From: the human T2T-CHM13v2.0 reference genome, Homo sapiens
DNA: 64,000 nt
Strand: one strand, 5' to 3'
Assembly: GCF_009914755.1 (NCBI RefSeq)
Contig: NC_060935.1
Under the pieces are notes generated by a model. It did no database searches, had not been told where the DNA came from, and was given only the letters and a program-made list of their open reading frames with translations. Within the stretch, counting starts at the first letter, position 1; each line of letters begins with the position of its first letter. Shown piece after piece: positions 43,779 to 57,451 of this stretch. A program made the translations under genes and the position numbers.

Positions 43779-43918
43779 AATATATATATATTTTATATAT
43801 ATATTATATATATATTATATATCTGATATATATTTTATATATATATTATATATATAATATATATCTGATATATATTATATTATATATATCTGATATATAT
43901 ATTTGATATATATATATC
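43779..43918. repeat. Interrupted (TA)n microsatellite with repeated tatatatctgatatata units
   Basis: Seen directly in the sequence. Confidence 0.95.
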
Positions 43919-45166
43919 TCAACAATGAACAAGTGGAATTTAAAATTTAAAAATACATTTATAATAGCATAAAAATATGATATTTAGGCATAAACCTAAC
44001 AAATATTTACAGAATATGTATTCAGAAAACTACAAAACTCTAATGAAAGAAATCAAAGAAGATAGAAATAAATGGAGAGAGATTCTCTATTCTTTAATTT
44101 AAATACAAAATTGTTAAGGTGTCAATTCTGCCCAATTTAATACAAAGATTCACTGAAATCTATGTCAAAATCTTAGTGTACTTTTTTTTTTTCAAATCAA
44201 CAGATTCTAAAATTTATATGGGAAACCCAAAAACCTAGAACAACCAACACAATGCTGAAAAAAATCAAAACTGGAGCATTCATACATAATTTCAAAACTT
44301 AGCATATACCTACAGCAATCATGACAGTGTGGAACTGGTGACAAATTAGACGGACAGATTAAACTCGGAAATTGACCTATACAAATATAATCAGCAAACT
44401 TTTGGGAAAAGTACATAGACAATTCAATGGAGACAGTTTTTTTCAACAAATATAATGTTTATATGTCACCTTTCCTCGAAAAATAAACTATCACAGACCT
44501 TACAACCTACAGAAAAATATACCTTAATGCAAAACGTGAAACATACAAGTTGAGGAAGTAAACGTTTTTCAGAAGAAAATCTTTGACATTTTGGGTTTGA
44601 TCTCTTAACACTCATTAGTCACACAACCCAATTTAAAAATGGGAAAAAATATCTAAACAGGCACCTTATCAAAGAAAATATCCAAATGGCAAATAAGTAT
44701 ATGAAAAGATGCTCAACATTATTTGTCACTGGGGAAATGCAAGGTAAAACTATGGTGAGGTACCACTCTGCAGAATATTGACAACAGTAATTGTTGCCAA
44801 GGATATGAAGCAACAGGAACTTTCATTCATTGCTGATGGAAATACAAAATGGTGTGGCATTATAGAAGACTGGGAGTTTTTTACAAAGCTAAGCATGGCC
44901 TTACTTTACAATCTGGCAATTGGTTTCATAGGTATGTACCCAACTGATTTTAAAGTGTTTATCTATATAAAAACCTGTGTATAATTGTTTATATCAGCTT
45001 TATCCATAATTTCCAAAAACTGGAAACAACCAACATGTCTTTGAAAAGCTGAATCGATAAACAAACTATGGTACATTTTCCACTGGAATACTGTTCAGTG
45101 ACAAATAGATATGAACTATCAAGCCACGTAAAGACATATGAATTTAAATTGTACATTACTAAGTAA

Positions 45167-45810
45167 TGATACAGGAGTTAAGAATAAATTGCTTAGGCAG
45201 ATAGTGAAGGTATAGAAGTCCTCAGTAAGGTTTTCCTTTTAATGAAAAGCAGCCCTATATCATTTTCTAACAAAGAGCAGCCTGTAAAGTCAAGCTGCAG
45301 ACATAGTCAAGCTGCAGACATAGACAAGCAAGCTGGGAGCTTGCCTGGGTAAATGCTGTCGGGAAAGAGCTATGTGGGACTAAATATATTCAAAATGGCA
45401 GCTCCATCTTCTCTTCTCTGCCAGCCACGTGCACAATAAGGAGCAGATAAGATGGCACCGGCCAAGGGGAGAGTTCATTTGCATAATAAGATTACAGTAG
45501 GGCGACCAGCCTTCCCTACCTGCTATGTAAACGTCACACCAGATGGAACCAATGTGTGAGCCCTGCATAAATCAGACATCACCTCCTCAAGCCTGACTAT
45601 AAAATCTGGCGCACGCCCTGCTGGCTGGCTTTTCCTCTCTGAAGTCCCCTCTCTCTCACTGGAGGAAGAGCTGTTTTCCTTTCTTTTTCTTTCTCTTTCT
45701 TTTGCCCATTAAACCTCCACTCCTAAACTCCTGTGTGTGTCCGTGTCCTAAATTTTCTTGGGGGAGACAATGAACCCAGGGTATTTACCCCAGACAACGT
45801 AGCTGCTTCA
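45167..45810 (+). mobile_element. ERV1 solo LTR (MER61-like)
   Basis: TG...CA ends with a 4-bp TSD gtaa (45163-45166 and 45811-45814). Starts tgatacaggagttaagaa..ttaggcagatagtga; TATA-like ctataaaa at about 45597; attaaa poly(A) signal at about 45708. Confidence 0.85.
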
Positions 45811-47619
45811 GTAAGTCTGTCTGAAAAGTCTCTATCCTGCATGATTCCATTTATAAGATAATCTGGAATAGGCACAGATATTGAGATGGTAAACAAATTT
45901 GTGGTTGCCAGGAGCTTGGGGTGGGGACTGGGTTGAGTAAGTAAAGCACAGGAAGTTTTTCTAAGGTGGTGAAACGAATCTATGTAATACTCAAATGGTG
46001 GATACAGAATACTATGCATTTTTCCAATTCTGTTGAACTTTATACAACAAACAGGAAACCTTAATGTATGCAAATTTAAAAATCACTTAGAGGACCCACG
46101 GATGTAATGCAGACTGTGAAAAATATTATAAGATTATGAAGCAACCATCCTGAAGGGGCTGACTTAAGTAACTTTGGAAATGAGTAGTCTATAACACTAA
46201 AGATCCAAAGACCAGTATATAGCAATGTCTTCTAGTAGACAAGGTTTTTTGTTTTTTTCTTTCCTCACAAGCGTACTGGTTAACAATTCTGAAAAGTATA
46301 TTAGAATTGAACAATTATGTAAATGAATGGCAGATGGTGGGATCCAGTTTTCTTACTTTTGGAGTGGGAGATTACAGATAAACAGATAAGCAAGGAGGAG
46401 CCTAGAATAATCCATGTGATAATGTATTACATTTGGTGAAACCAGTGTGAACTAATTAATATTTAACTTATCGATACAAATAGATACATTTGAAAATATT
46501 TATAGACATGAATATATGGAAGAGTTTGTACACATACATACATTTCCTTGCATACAGGGCCTGGAAACAGTGGTGCCCCAGTAATAATGAACAAACCTAG
46601 TGCCCAGATCTTGTTTTCGAATACCTTTCTCCAATAAAAGGAACAGGGCTTTTGGAAAAGTGGCTGATTCTAGGACTGGGCGGGAAATGTACAAGATTAG
46701 TTTGAAACATCTTATAGTGTTAATAAGGAAGTACTCAAAACAAACAAATAACTACATCAAAAACACAGTAACAGGGTATGTCAAAGAAACACAGGAAGCA
46801 AATGAAAGAGCCACCAATGGCCAATGCCAGAACAATTAGAGCAACAAACGCAAATAAATAACATACTACTGAAGTATATCTCAAGCATAAAATAATTATT
46901 CATGAGTCCATACTGACATAAATAGATGGTCAAATAAAAAATACATGGGGAGAAGAGATGAAACTCCCATGAAGAGGAATTCTAAATAATTTATACATAT
47001 ACTCCACTCCCAAAGAGATGGAGCATAATGCCTCACTCTGTGTGAGCAGTGCAAAGTAACTTCTGCAAAGAGGAAAGAGTGCAAAAGGGAAAAAAGAGTA
47101 GTTTCACAGTGGGGAGCTTGGCAAACACTGTTTCAGCCAGGTGGTCAAGGTTAACATCATCAGGATAAATCATATTGATGGTATTACCCTGATCTAGTGT
47201 GATGAGAATGGCATTTTACTTCTGTGGTCTCCCTCCTCACAATCCATATCCCCAGTCTAATATGAGAAAATCATCAGACAAATCCCAATTGAGGCACATT
47301 CTACAAAATACCTGACCAGTGGACTTCAAAACTGACAAGATCATTAGAAACAATGAAAGTATGAGAGACCTTCACAGCCAAAAGGAGTCTAAAGAGATCT
47401 GGTGACTAAACACAATGTGTTGTCCTGGAATAGAAAACAGACATTTCCTTGGTAATTTCCAAGGAAATCAGAGTAAAATATGCACTTTAACCAATAATAA
47501 TGTATTCATATTGGTTTATTAAATGTGACAAATATACCATACTAATGTAAAATGTTATCAGGAAACAAATGATGGAGTACAAGGAAAGTCTCATTTTCTC
47601 CTATTAAAAACAACATTCC

Positions 47620-47673
47620 TTCTTTTCTCCATCGCTTTGAAATATCACCTTTATAGTTCTCTAAATCCTCTAG

Positions 47674-47718
<45 letters not shown>

Positions 47719-49400
47719 GATATCCTTTAATCCATTGATCTATTTATGTATCAGTGACAAATGATTGACTACAATTTTGTAATAGTTTCATTATCTAATA
47801 AAGCAAGTTCCCCGTTAAGTATTTTTCCTTAAAAATTCTCACCTGTTTCTTTTTCTATGTGAATTTAAATTGTAATTAACTTGACTAGTTTTACAAATAT
47901 ATAACAGTAAGTATTTTAATGGATTGCATTAACTGATGCATTAATTTAAAAACAGTTGAAATTTTCTAAACATTAATATTCCTATGCAGTTAGAAGGATA
48001 TATATTTCTGTTTATATATCTTGGTTTCCTTCAGCAGAGTTTTAACTTTTTTATCATTTGGATTCTGCAAATCTATTAGGTATTTTGCTAAGTATTTTAT
48101 CTTTTTTGACTGATACTGATAATATTTCATCTTGCATTTATTTCCTAAGAGGTTTTTGTTTGAACAAAATTGACAACTATTATGTTTTGCTTAATAAAAC
48201 TGTAGTCAACCACCTTCTGTCTATTCTTAAGTTTTCTAATGATTTTTGGTTGGCTGTGCTGAGATTTTCAGGTTTACAGTAATCATATGCTCTGAAAATG
48301 GTAATGCATGTCCCTCCTTTTTTCCAGTTGTCCTCTGTCACCTAGACTGCCACACAGATGCCAGTTCAGTTTCTTTTCTCACCACCCAAAGTAGGTCATT
48401 TCCTAATCCCATCTCTTTTCCTTCCTAATTTACTTCCTAAGTTTAATTGCACACACAAATTCCAGCAATTTTCTGGAAAAGGGTCTTTGAGATATACCTT
48501 TTCAAGATTTCACATGTCCAAAATTGTCTTTATTCTGTTTACATTCATTGTCTGAGTGAAATGTAATTTCACTTTGAATTTTGAAGGCATGTCTCCACTG
48601 TCTTTTTTGCTTCTCTTGTTGTCCTTGTGAAGTCAATTATGCCATTTTATTTTCTCAGTTTTTTTTAATGTGACAGCCTTTTTACTAATGCTCTCTGAAT
48701 AGTTCTAATATTTTTAATTTGCCAATTTTTCTTGAAATTTCTGGATGTTGTTGTTTGGAGGAAGACTTTTTAAAGTCTTTTAACTCAGAGTACGAAGAAG
48801 CCAGTGGGTCTTTGTATCTGGAATACGTGTTCTTCAATTCTTGAATTTTTTTTTGTATTTTTAAAAATAAATTTCCATCCGTTTGGTTTGCTCTTTTTAA
48901 AAAAAATTTTTGAAATGTCTTTCAACTGTGTGTATGACCTGCTTCACTAGCCCTATAATTTCCACAATTTTTATCATTAATTTTTTTGTCTCGTCTCTTT
49001 GTTTGCTGTCTTTTAATATGACCTCATAGTGATGGTACTATCCTTCCATTAAATATTGTATTCTCGTTTTTAAAAACTTTCAATGCTTTTTATAAGAATT
49101 TAAGAACTTTCCATGTTTCTTTTCTGATAGTATCCTATTCTTCCTTCACCGTTGCCATATATTATCTGATTGAACCAATGATCATATTTTATTTGATTTT
49201 ATCTACTGCTGCTCCAAGCATTTGTCTGTTTTTTGTTGTTGTTGTTGGTTTTTTGTTTTGTTTGTTTTGCTGCTCCAAACATTTGTCTCTATGTATTCAA
49301 AGTTTCTTTCCTCTGTTTATTTTGATTTTTGTCTTTTCTCTTAGAGGTTCTTGAAATATGTAGTAACTATAGACTGTTTTTATTCAAAAGTGTGTCATTA
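47620..49400 (-). mobile_element. Very old L1M (L1ME-like) fragments
   Basis: T-rich degenerate antisense L1 (tccattgatctattt, ggattgcattaa, ttttgaaggcat..ctccactgtctt). Boundaries approximate. Confidence 0.55.
47675..47716. repeat. (TG)21 microsatellite
   Basis: Perfect dinucleotide run. Confidence 0.98.
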
Positions 49401-52349
49401 AAAAGTTAATGGAAAACATACCAGTCTTGCAGGGCGTGAGAGTAAGGATCGCACGTGTCCCTATTTATTTCCAAGGCTAAAAGGAAAGAGACAAGTAGTA
49501 GGTTGAAAGGGGGTCCTCATGGCTCAGTATATATGTGGTCACTTAATCTTTTATTTCTACTAAGGACCCTCACTTCTTCCACTGTGCTATCACTGATCAT
49601 TCAGTGAGGAAGTAAGTTCAATTTCTTCTGAGGATAACCCTGTCTATTGCTAAGAGTAGGGGTAGTTACTGGCAACTCAGGAAATGAAGGGCTTCTTGGA
49701 GCCCCACTCTTTTCTATAAAGACTCAAAATAAATCCTTTATTCAGCCCTATAAGTCTCCCCTTTTCAGAGGTGTCTAATGCTTCTAATTCCTGAGACATT
49801 TTGTTGTGTTCTTCAGGGTGGGTTCAGAGTGCACCTTGGTTATGTTGACTAAAAAAGGGAATGGACAGGATATATCTATCCATATTTAATATATACACTA
49901 TTTAATATATTAATTTAATATATATTAATATATATTTATTTAATAAATTTATATTTATTTAAAGCCTGAGAAAAAAATCATTAAGAAAATACAGAGCTAA
50001 ACATAAGGAACTTGACACAGGAATCCCAAACCCACACGTTGGAGAGCAGGGATTTTAAGAACCAAAGAGCTACTTAAATCCACCGACAACTGATTACACT
50101 AATTACATGTCCAGAAGAAATATTTTAAAATCTGGAAGATTTGTTTGAGTGAATTCTGCAAGGCAATGAGGGAAAAGCAACAGTGGTTTGAGACATTTTT
50201 AGAAGAGAACACCACGAATGACAAAGAACATTCTCCCTGACTTGGTCATTGAGTACAACTTGCATTTTGGGAATCTAGAGTCTCTTGGAAGCTCACGGAT
50301 GGGTGCAATGTAGAGACTAAGTGGTTTCAAGGCCAAAGAGAGGGCATGTGGTAATAGCTGGCAGAAGCCATGCCTAGTGGGAATGTCCATGGCTGGGGGA
50401 GTAGTGAGACACACTGGTGGACTGAGCTTATTCTAACAGAAAAGCCCAGGGAAACTGAGATGCCTGAAAGGTCCATTCACAGAAGAAGCAATTCCTGGTA
50501 AGCTAGTATGGATGTCCTGGAAGTATGTTTTACTTAAACAAATGTGAGTCTGTGATCTATCAACCTGCAAACATATTTGTAAGAGACTTAAGTGCTTAGG
50601 CAAAAACAGAGACAATTTGTGCTACATGATAACTGAGATATTGGGACTTCAGAATAGCCAGTCTCTGTGCCTATATCCACATCCATCACTCTTGTGAAAA
50701 TAAGGCACAGAATGGTGAGGATGTGGTGGCTTTGCAGCCAAATGCGGCACTTAAGCTGTTGCTCAGATGACTGCTACAAAGAAAAACCCTACTGACCTTT
50801 GCTCTACTTGGCAAACATGCATGTTTTGCAGAGAGGAAGTGCATGCATTTGCCTTCAAAAAAGTTTTGCAGCCATTAAAGAGGAAAAGAGAGTTTCTTCC
50901 TATAACCAATGTTCAGGAGCCAGCCAAGCTCCTGAGGTCATGGACTCAACATAGAGTGCTGAACGGACTCTGTGCTTGATTTTTATTCCAGTGCTACAGG
51001 CAGTCCTTTGACCACTGCCCAACCTCTTCGCAGCCTACCATCCAAGTCTCATATCTATCTGCTTCAGGGAACCAAAACTATTAGACTGTAGTACTGTAGT
51101 CCCGAGAGATACAGGAAGTTAAGTAGCATCAGGCTATAATGTATAGTTAAATTATGTACCCCTGCAGATACAATAGGGTGATTTAAATAGTAGGGAAGTA
51201 ATGATTAGAGGGCATAGAAAGAAATACAGCAGTCACTCCCATAAACTTTGATAATGAAGTAGAAATTTTGCAATCATGTCGTGGGGAGGAGCATACACTA
51301 ATTTAAAGCATGGGGAATGTGATCCTAACCTTGCTGTTCAAATCAGAACACTGACATTTACCCAGTGAAAGACAAAGACATTAACTACCTTGGTTTCCAT
51401 ACTGTATTAGTGCATTTCCCTCTGCAGACGAGTGATACCATTTGCCACAATGACAATACACACTCATAAGCTAGACCATGAACAGATCAGATAAAATCAT
51501 GGAGGCTAAGAATATTAAGAAGACACACTAGTCCTATCATATTTCTCACAGATTTTAAGAGTACACAGACAAAATTAACTGTCAAAGACTCTTATTAAAA
51601 TAACATAGATAGGTTTTCTTAATGCATATTATTACTGTATAAGTAAGAGGCAAGGCTTACAATGAAATTTGTTTTGCTTACAATTTGGGTCTCCAACAAT
51701 CCTAGAATAATTTTACCACATTTAAAAATCAGCATCATGGATATGAAAGTCTAGAATATCTCTAGAATAATTGGAATGTTTGTCAACACTGCACTCAGGT
51801 TCCAGCATACCCGTGATACATTATAAATGGGAAGAATCTAGAAATCACATGCAGTTATTTATACATTGTATAAGCACTGGCAAAAGATGAGTAGGTTGAA
51901 AGCTGAGCACCTAATCATGTTAAAATCTGGAATACAAGACTGATTGCTTGTATCAATTAAGAGAGGTATGGAAATTGGGTGAAACCTCTAGTCCTGATGA
52001 CTATGCCTCTTAGCCCATCCAGATAACCATCCAGATTCACTGGGAGGGTTCCTCCAGCATTAAGATTTCTGAATGTTAGAAAAAATTATCTGTCCTTCCC
52101 ATTGCCTGCCTCATGTCATCATTAAATTCAATATAATTGCCACACATTTGAAATATTTCATTTTGTCTTTTGAATACCCATGCTGTCATAGGTGACCTTG
52201 TTAATTGGTCATGCTTTTTATCTTCCCCACATTTTTAATTTTTTTTTTTTTTTGGAAGGTCAAGAGTGTTTCACCTAAAGAGCCTCTTGCTCACGTGAAT
52301 ATGTTGGGTTTTTTTGTTGTTGTTGTTTTTAGTGTTTTCATTTTTATGC

Positions 52350-52500
52350 TGGTTGTTTAAAGATCACCTGGGGATTTTGTTCAGAATACAATTGTTGTAC
52401 CCCTTCCTCAGGAGATACTGAACTGTAGACCTGGAAAATATCAAACGACTCTGTTTGAAGGGAACCTGTTTCCCAGGTGATTCTGCAGTGTGCACCTGTT
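52350..52500. mobile_element. MER5A-like hAT fragment
   Basis: agatcacctgggga...aatac and tttcccaggtgattctg. Confidence 0.5.
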
Positions 52501-53649
52501 CTTTCACAAGTGGACCATCTCAAGTCCAGAGAGATGAAGTAATTCATTTAACATTTCACAGCTGCTCTATGCACAGGCCAGGACTAGAATGCAGGGTTCC
52601 CCATTCACTGACTAGCTTTCTTAACCTACAATACTTTGAGGAAAGAAGGCTGCTTATTTCTCCTGCAGAAAGTCAGGGAGATGGTTACGGATACTATACT
52701 GGTTCTTCCTGCTTTTAAGCCCCACTTCTTAGATCTCAACCTCAATGTGCTAGTCTCTTAAAACATAAGACTTTGCTAAGTCTCTTCCAATGGAGCATCC
52801 TAGGGCACCATGCTGGGTGCCTTTGTCTGACCATTCATCAAGCATTTTCTGCTGACAGGCAGTGACTTGGCTCACTTCTCCACCCTGCACCAGAGAGCTT
52901 CATTTGCGCTGATTACCCTGCATTTCACATAAAAGTCATTAAGAATTCTGTTTCAGTGAATAAAAGAATGTAAATGAGGTAATTATGAGCTCCACTTACC
53001 TTACTAACCCTGTGCATTGTGCAATCATTAATGCTTTCACATGATCTGTTCACCGGAAAAATCAGAAAGATGGAAAGTAATATTGTTGGGAAAGAAAATA
53101 GTATTGAGGGTTATTCTGTGGTTGAATTTTTTTTTCAATTTGGGGGAGTTAGGGAGAGTCTTTTCATGTAAGCTCTAAAAAAGACAGCTTGAGAAATGGC
53201 TGCATAGTGCCGCTTTTAACCCCCACCTCCCCTTTGCATAAATTAACTTCAAGTTGCAAAGGTTTTCTCATAACAACACTTTACAGTTGGAAAGCAGCAT
53301 TCATCTGAAGAACTCTTTAAGATACATCCATATGATTGTTTTTACTTACTAGACAAATGCATCTTCCCACACAGCACAAGTTGCTGTTGAGTATTAGAGA
53401 GTAGAATAAAGTTGGGGTGCTTAAATTATACCCTGGGAAGCGAACAATGCAGCACTCAAATCTGACCTCCGCCAACTTTCCTTCTTTCCTACCCGTAGTG
53501 AGCACACTGCTTTTGTTGTCCCCGTGCCTGTGCTTGTGAACCCACTACCAGCCTTCATGTAATATTGATGTGTCTTTCCAGGTGTCCTACTATCCTTATT
53601 ATAAGAGTGGGCACCACATTGCCCAGACTTACCTCATCATATGTGTCCC

Positions 53650-55573
53650 ACCCTGTGATCAATGTGAGTTGTGCAGGTAGAAACATGTGACCCTAGTAAT
53701 TCCACCAGAGTAAAAATTTGGATGGATGTGATATATGGTTATGGAAGACAGATGGTCTTTCTTCATTTTGGATTGCAATTCGTACAAATGTAGACTTGGG
53801 GCTGCCAGAAACCATGTTTCCTGACACATGGAGAAAACCTGACTGAGAAGGAGTCCATGCAGTCATGCAGAGAGGAGCAGAGCCGAGAGATAGAGATAAA
53901 GTCAGCATCCTCATGGCAGCCTCTACATCCACAAGGCTGACTGTGCCCAAAGTCTGAACATTCCTTAGGCTTTCTGGTCAAGTAGGATCATTAATTTCAT
54001 TTTGTGGAAAGCCAGTTTTAATAAAACTTTTAAACATCACAGCCAAGAGGGTTCTCATTAATAGAAAAATGGGTACTTCTAAGGAAGGCACTATGCGTGA
54101 CAAAGCCTAAAATAGGAACAAGACTAGATGGAAGTGAGGTGAAGGTTGGGGGGAGAGGTAGTCCCTCACTGTTAGCTGGAAAATAGTCAATCTTCATTAT
54201 TTAGAAGACAAACCATTGGAAACGGCTCTCTATTTAATCTAGCTTCTACTAAATACTACTTAGTTTAGATTACTAGGATATTGGGTAAAAAATGTTGAGA
54301 TGCAAAAGGCTGTTATGGTCTTTGGTAAGGTACAAAAATCATCATCATCATCATCATTGGTCTCAATTTACCTGTTGGAAAAGGAATAGTATGTACCAGA
54401 ATGGACCTTTGTCTTATGGCTAATGACACATTATTACAGAAGGCCAAATGATTAGTGGAACTGCAGTTGGTATGAACAAAGATGGGACAATGAAAACCAT
54501 AAGATTTGGAACCAGAAAATAAGGAAATGGGAAAGGCCAAATACATAGGAACCAGACTAAACTTCCGGTGGGCATCAACTCATAGCCTAGTAGATAATAT
54601 TCCCCTGAAAATCACCCTCCACTGGGATCTAGCCTGGTGGCAGAGAACAAATTATCTCTGCCTTAAACAAGCTGAAACCAGGGTGGAAACCATTAGTGGA
54701 ATATTCAGGGGATGGTCGAAGCCTTGATGCCTGTTGCTAAAAAATAGAAACCGTAAAAGTAAATTACAGTTTACTTCAGCAAATTTCTGGTATCATTTAC
54801 TGACCAAGAAAAAAAATATACCAACAGCTTACTAGAGTTTTTAAACTGGCATATTGCTGGATTTCTTCCCAAGTCTGGTAAACAAAGATGTGTGACTGCT
54901 GTCTCAAAAACCAGGCATTACCACCTCCTCCCCGGGTATTGTTAGGAAGGACAATAAACTCTGAAGAGCCTATTATAGGGTAGAACTGGGGTCAGCCGGA
55001 TTGACGAGCTAGATTGAGGAGTTAGATTGTATATATAGCATTCATTCCTCTTCTTTTCTTCTTTATAGAACCCTGATTTTGTTCAAGGATTCCTGCTTTC
55101 TCCACACAGCGTATGATTCAGAGGATGCAGCAAACCCTCCCAGCTCTAGCAATGTGAACCAATTGTAGCAATTAATAGCACTGGCAGTGATTTATTTAGG
55201 TATAAACATGTGCCTAATTCCTAGACACGTATTATTTTGAGGGGAGGGGAAGTTTTGTTGGACATTCTGGGAAAAGTTTCATTTTCATTAAGAAACATTT
55301 CCTCTGAACTTTGGAACAGGTGACGACACCTCCACTTCACCTGGATATGGCACTGAAATTCCAGCAACCACCTTGTGACAAGCGTGAGGATGAAAACATC
55401 ACACCCAGAAGGACAAAGCTAAGACAGTCATGCCCAGATACCAGAGGTACTGTGAGTAGTGCTTGGTCCTACCTGTGGATCTCTTGTTTTATTAAGTAAT
55501 AAACCCTCTTATCGTTTTAACCAATTTTTATCAAAGCTTTGTTTTATGTGCTGCTGAAATCTTCCTGACTGAT
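53650..55573 (+). mobile_element. MLT1-type MaLR remnant: LTR (~53650-54063), internal-like sequence, LTR (~55028-55573)
   Basis: LTR motifs catggagaaaacctgactgagaa, gcagagccgagaga, agaaccctgattttgttcaagg, cagcaaccaccttgtgac and aatcttcctgactgata. gaaaaatgggtac follows the first LTR. Confidence 0.55.
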
Positions 55574-56139
55574 AAACTACCACGAAATTCATCCCAAACC
55601 AAGGAAGAGAATCTTTGCTTTCCCTATCAAGCAAGAGGCAGTGAATTCTATAAACATTTGCCACTTTTCTACATGACCGTTTAATTGAAGTTATTTCATT
55701 TCATCCCATCATAATTTACTGTGAATTTTGAGCGTAGGTAAAGTTTTTGTTTATCCATCTATGTAGCTAGATGCTGAGGAACTACATCTAGAGTTAACAA
55801 GAATAATGCACCACACTCAGGGATTCTAGATATGAAACAGAATGGAATACAAGAATGCGTCTTCAAATTCTGTTTGGGATGGAAAGGGAGCAAATGTTTT
55901 TGTTGCTGTGGTGGTTGTGTGTTTCATGAGAGATAGAAGAGGAACTATTGGAATTATGTCTTATGCAGATGACATTATAGTCTGCCAGACTCCATTGCTT
56001 GAAGAAACAACCACACCCCCATTGCAGGACTGTCCATCACAGCCCTATCCCTCACTCACACCACCCCAATCATGGCATGCAGCTCAAACTAGACTAATCA
56101 CTGTACCTGCATGAAGTGCACAATACATTGTTTGGTGGG

Positions 56140-56548
56140 GAGAGTGATGCGTAGTAGTGAGATATCCAAGTAGGTCTAATCAGGGTCCTTATATGAAGAG
56201 ATTTGATATACCGACATTTGAAGGCAGAAGTTTTATTCTTTTTGATTGGCAGGCAATATGGGTCTAGGCTTGCCATTTTTAGTAGCCATCTTTTCTACCA
56301 TATGGAGAGAACCAGCCTCACAATAAATTCAACACATAGCAGGAAGAAGAGCCGGAGAAGAGAGAAAGAAAAATAAACATATATTGTTTGAGTCCCTTTA
56401 TCCATCCATGTGTAATGGTCGCTAACTTTGTAGCTATATGTGACAATATATCTCTTGTTTGGCGTAAGCTACTTCTGTCTTTGTTTTTTGTTGTTGTTGT
56501 TTGTTTGTTTGTTTGTTTTGTTTTTTTCTTAGAGTCTTGACTAATATA
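56140..56548 (+). mobile_element. MLT1K/L-like LTR
   Basis: gtagccatcttttctaccatatggagagaacc...tgtttgagtccctt...agagtcttgactaata. Confidence 0.6.
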
Positions 56549-57148
56549 ACATCTGACTAAAACAACACATGAGGAACGATATCAAAATAATTAAATAATG
56601 GTAAATGGAAGACCAAGCAATATTTGATTAGCTGAGACTTCATCCCCCAAAGTAACTAAAAGTCAGCAGCTTTAGTAAACTGGACTATAGAGGGTCATTT
56701 TTCCTTTGGTAATTAGATACAAAAACAGCTTCATCTGTCTCAAAACTTCTAGTGTTAAATACAAGCATCTGATCTTGTTGCCCTGATTTAAAGAAAGACG
56801 AAATCTAATGCACATCTATTGCACAAAGTAAATAAACCCAAAGAGAAACGTATTTCTTCTACAAGCTATTTATACATCCAAATTCCATCCACTAGTAAAC
56901 TTGAGCAAATAAATAACTTTAAATATGGCTCCTTAAAGTAGGAGAGTTGGGGGAAGAGAAAAGCTACTTTCTTCAGACACTAATATAGGTATGGAAAGCA
57001 GATGATGGGCTGATTCCTACACAAATAATATAGATCAATGATAGGATGACATATTTGCCCAGAAAGCACAAAACAAAATGATTGTAAAGCGAAAGTATAT
57101 GTCATGCCATATATTTTGTATGTTGCTGACTGTTATGTGGGCCTATAA

Positions 57149-57451
<303 letters not shown>

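Larger units (their letters stand above)
38550..47600 (+). mobile_element. Near full-length, decayed old L1 (L1MD/L1MC type) with nested insertions
   Basis: Co-linear order: 5' region, ORF1-like (~39600-40560), endonuclease (~41000-41800), ORF2 (KINETKSWFLEKIN, 42570-42839), then a long 3' UTR with ctagtgcccagatcttg and caaggttaacatc...gacaaatcccaattgagg. Confidence 0.85.

Noticed and set aside
49880-49945. AT-only quasi-palindromic tract
   Set aside because: Low-complexity DNA in which palindromy is expected from base composition.
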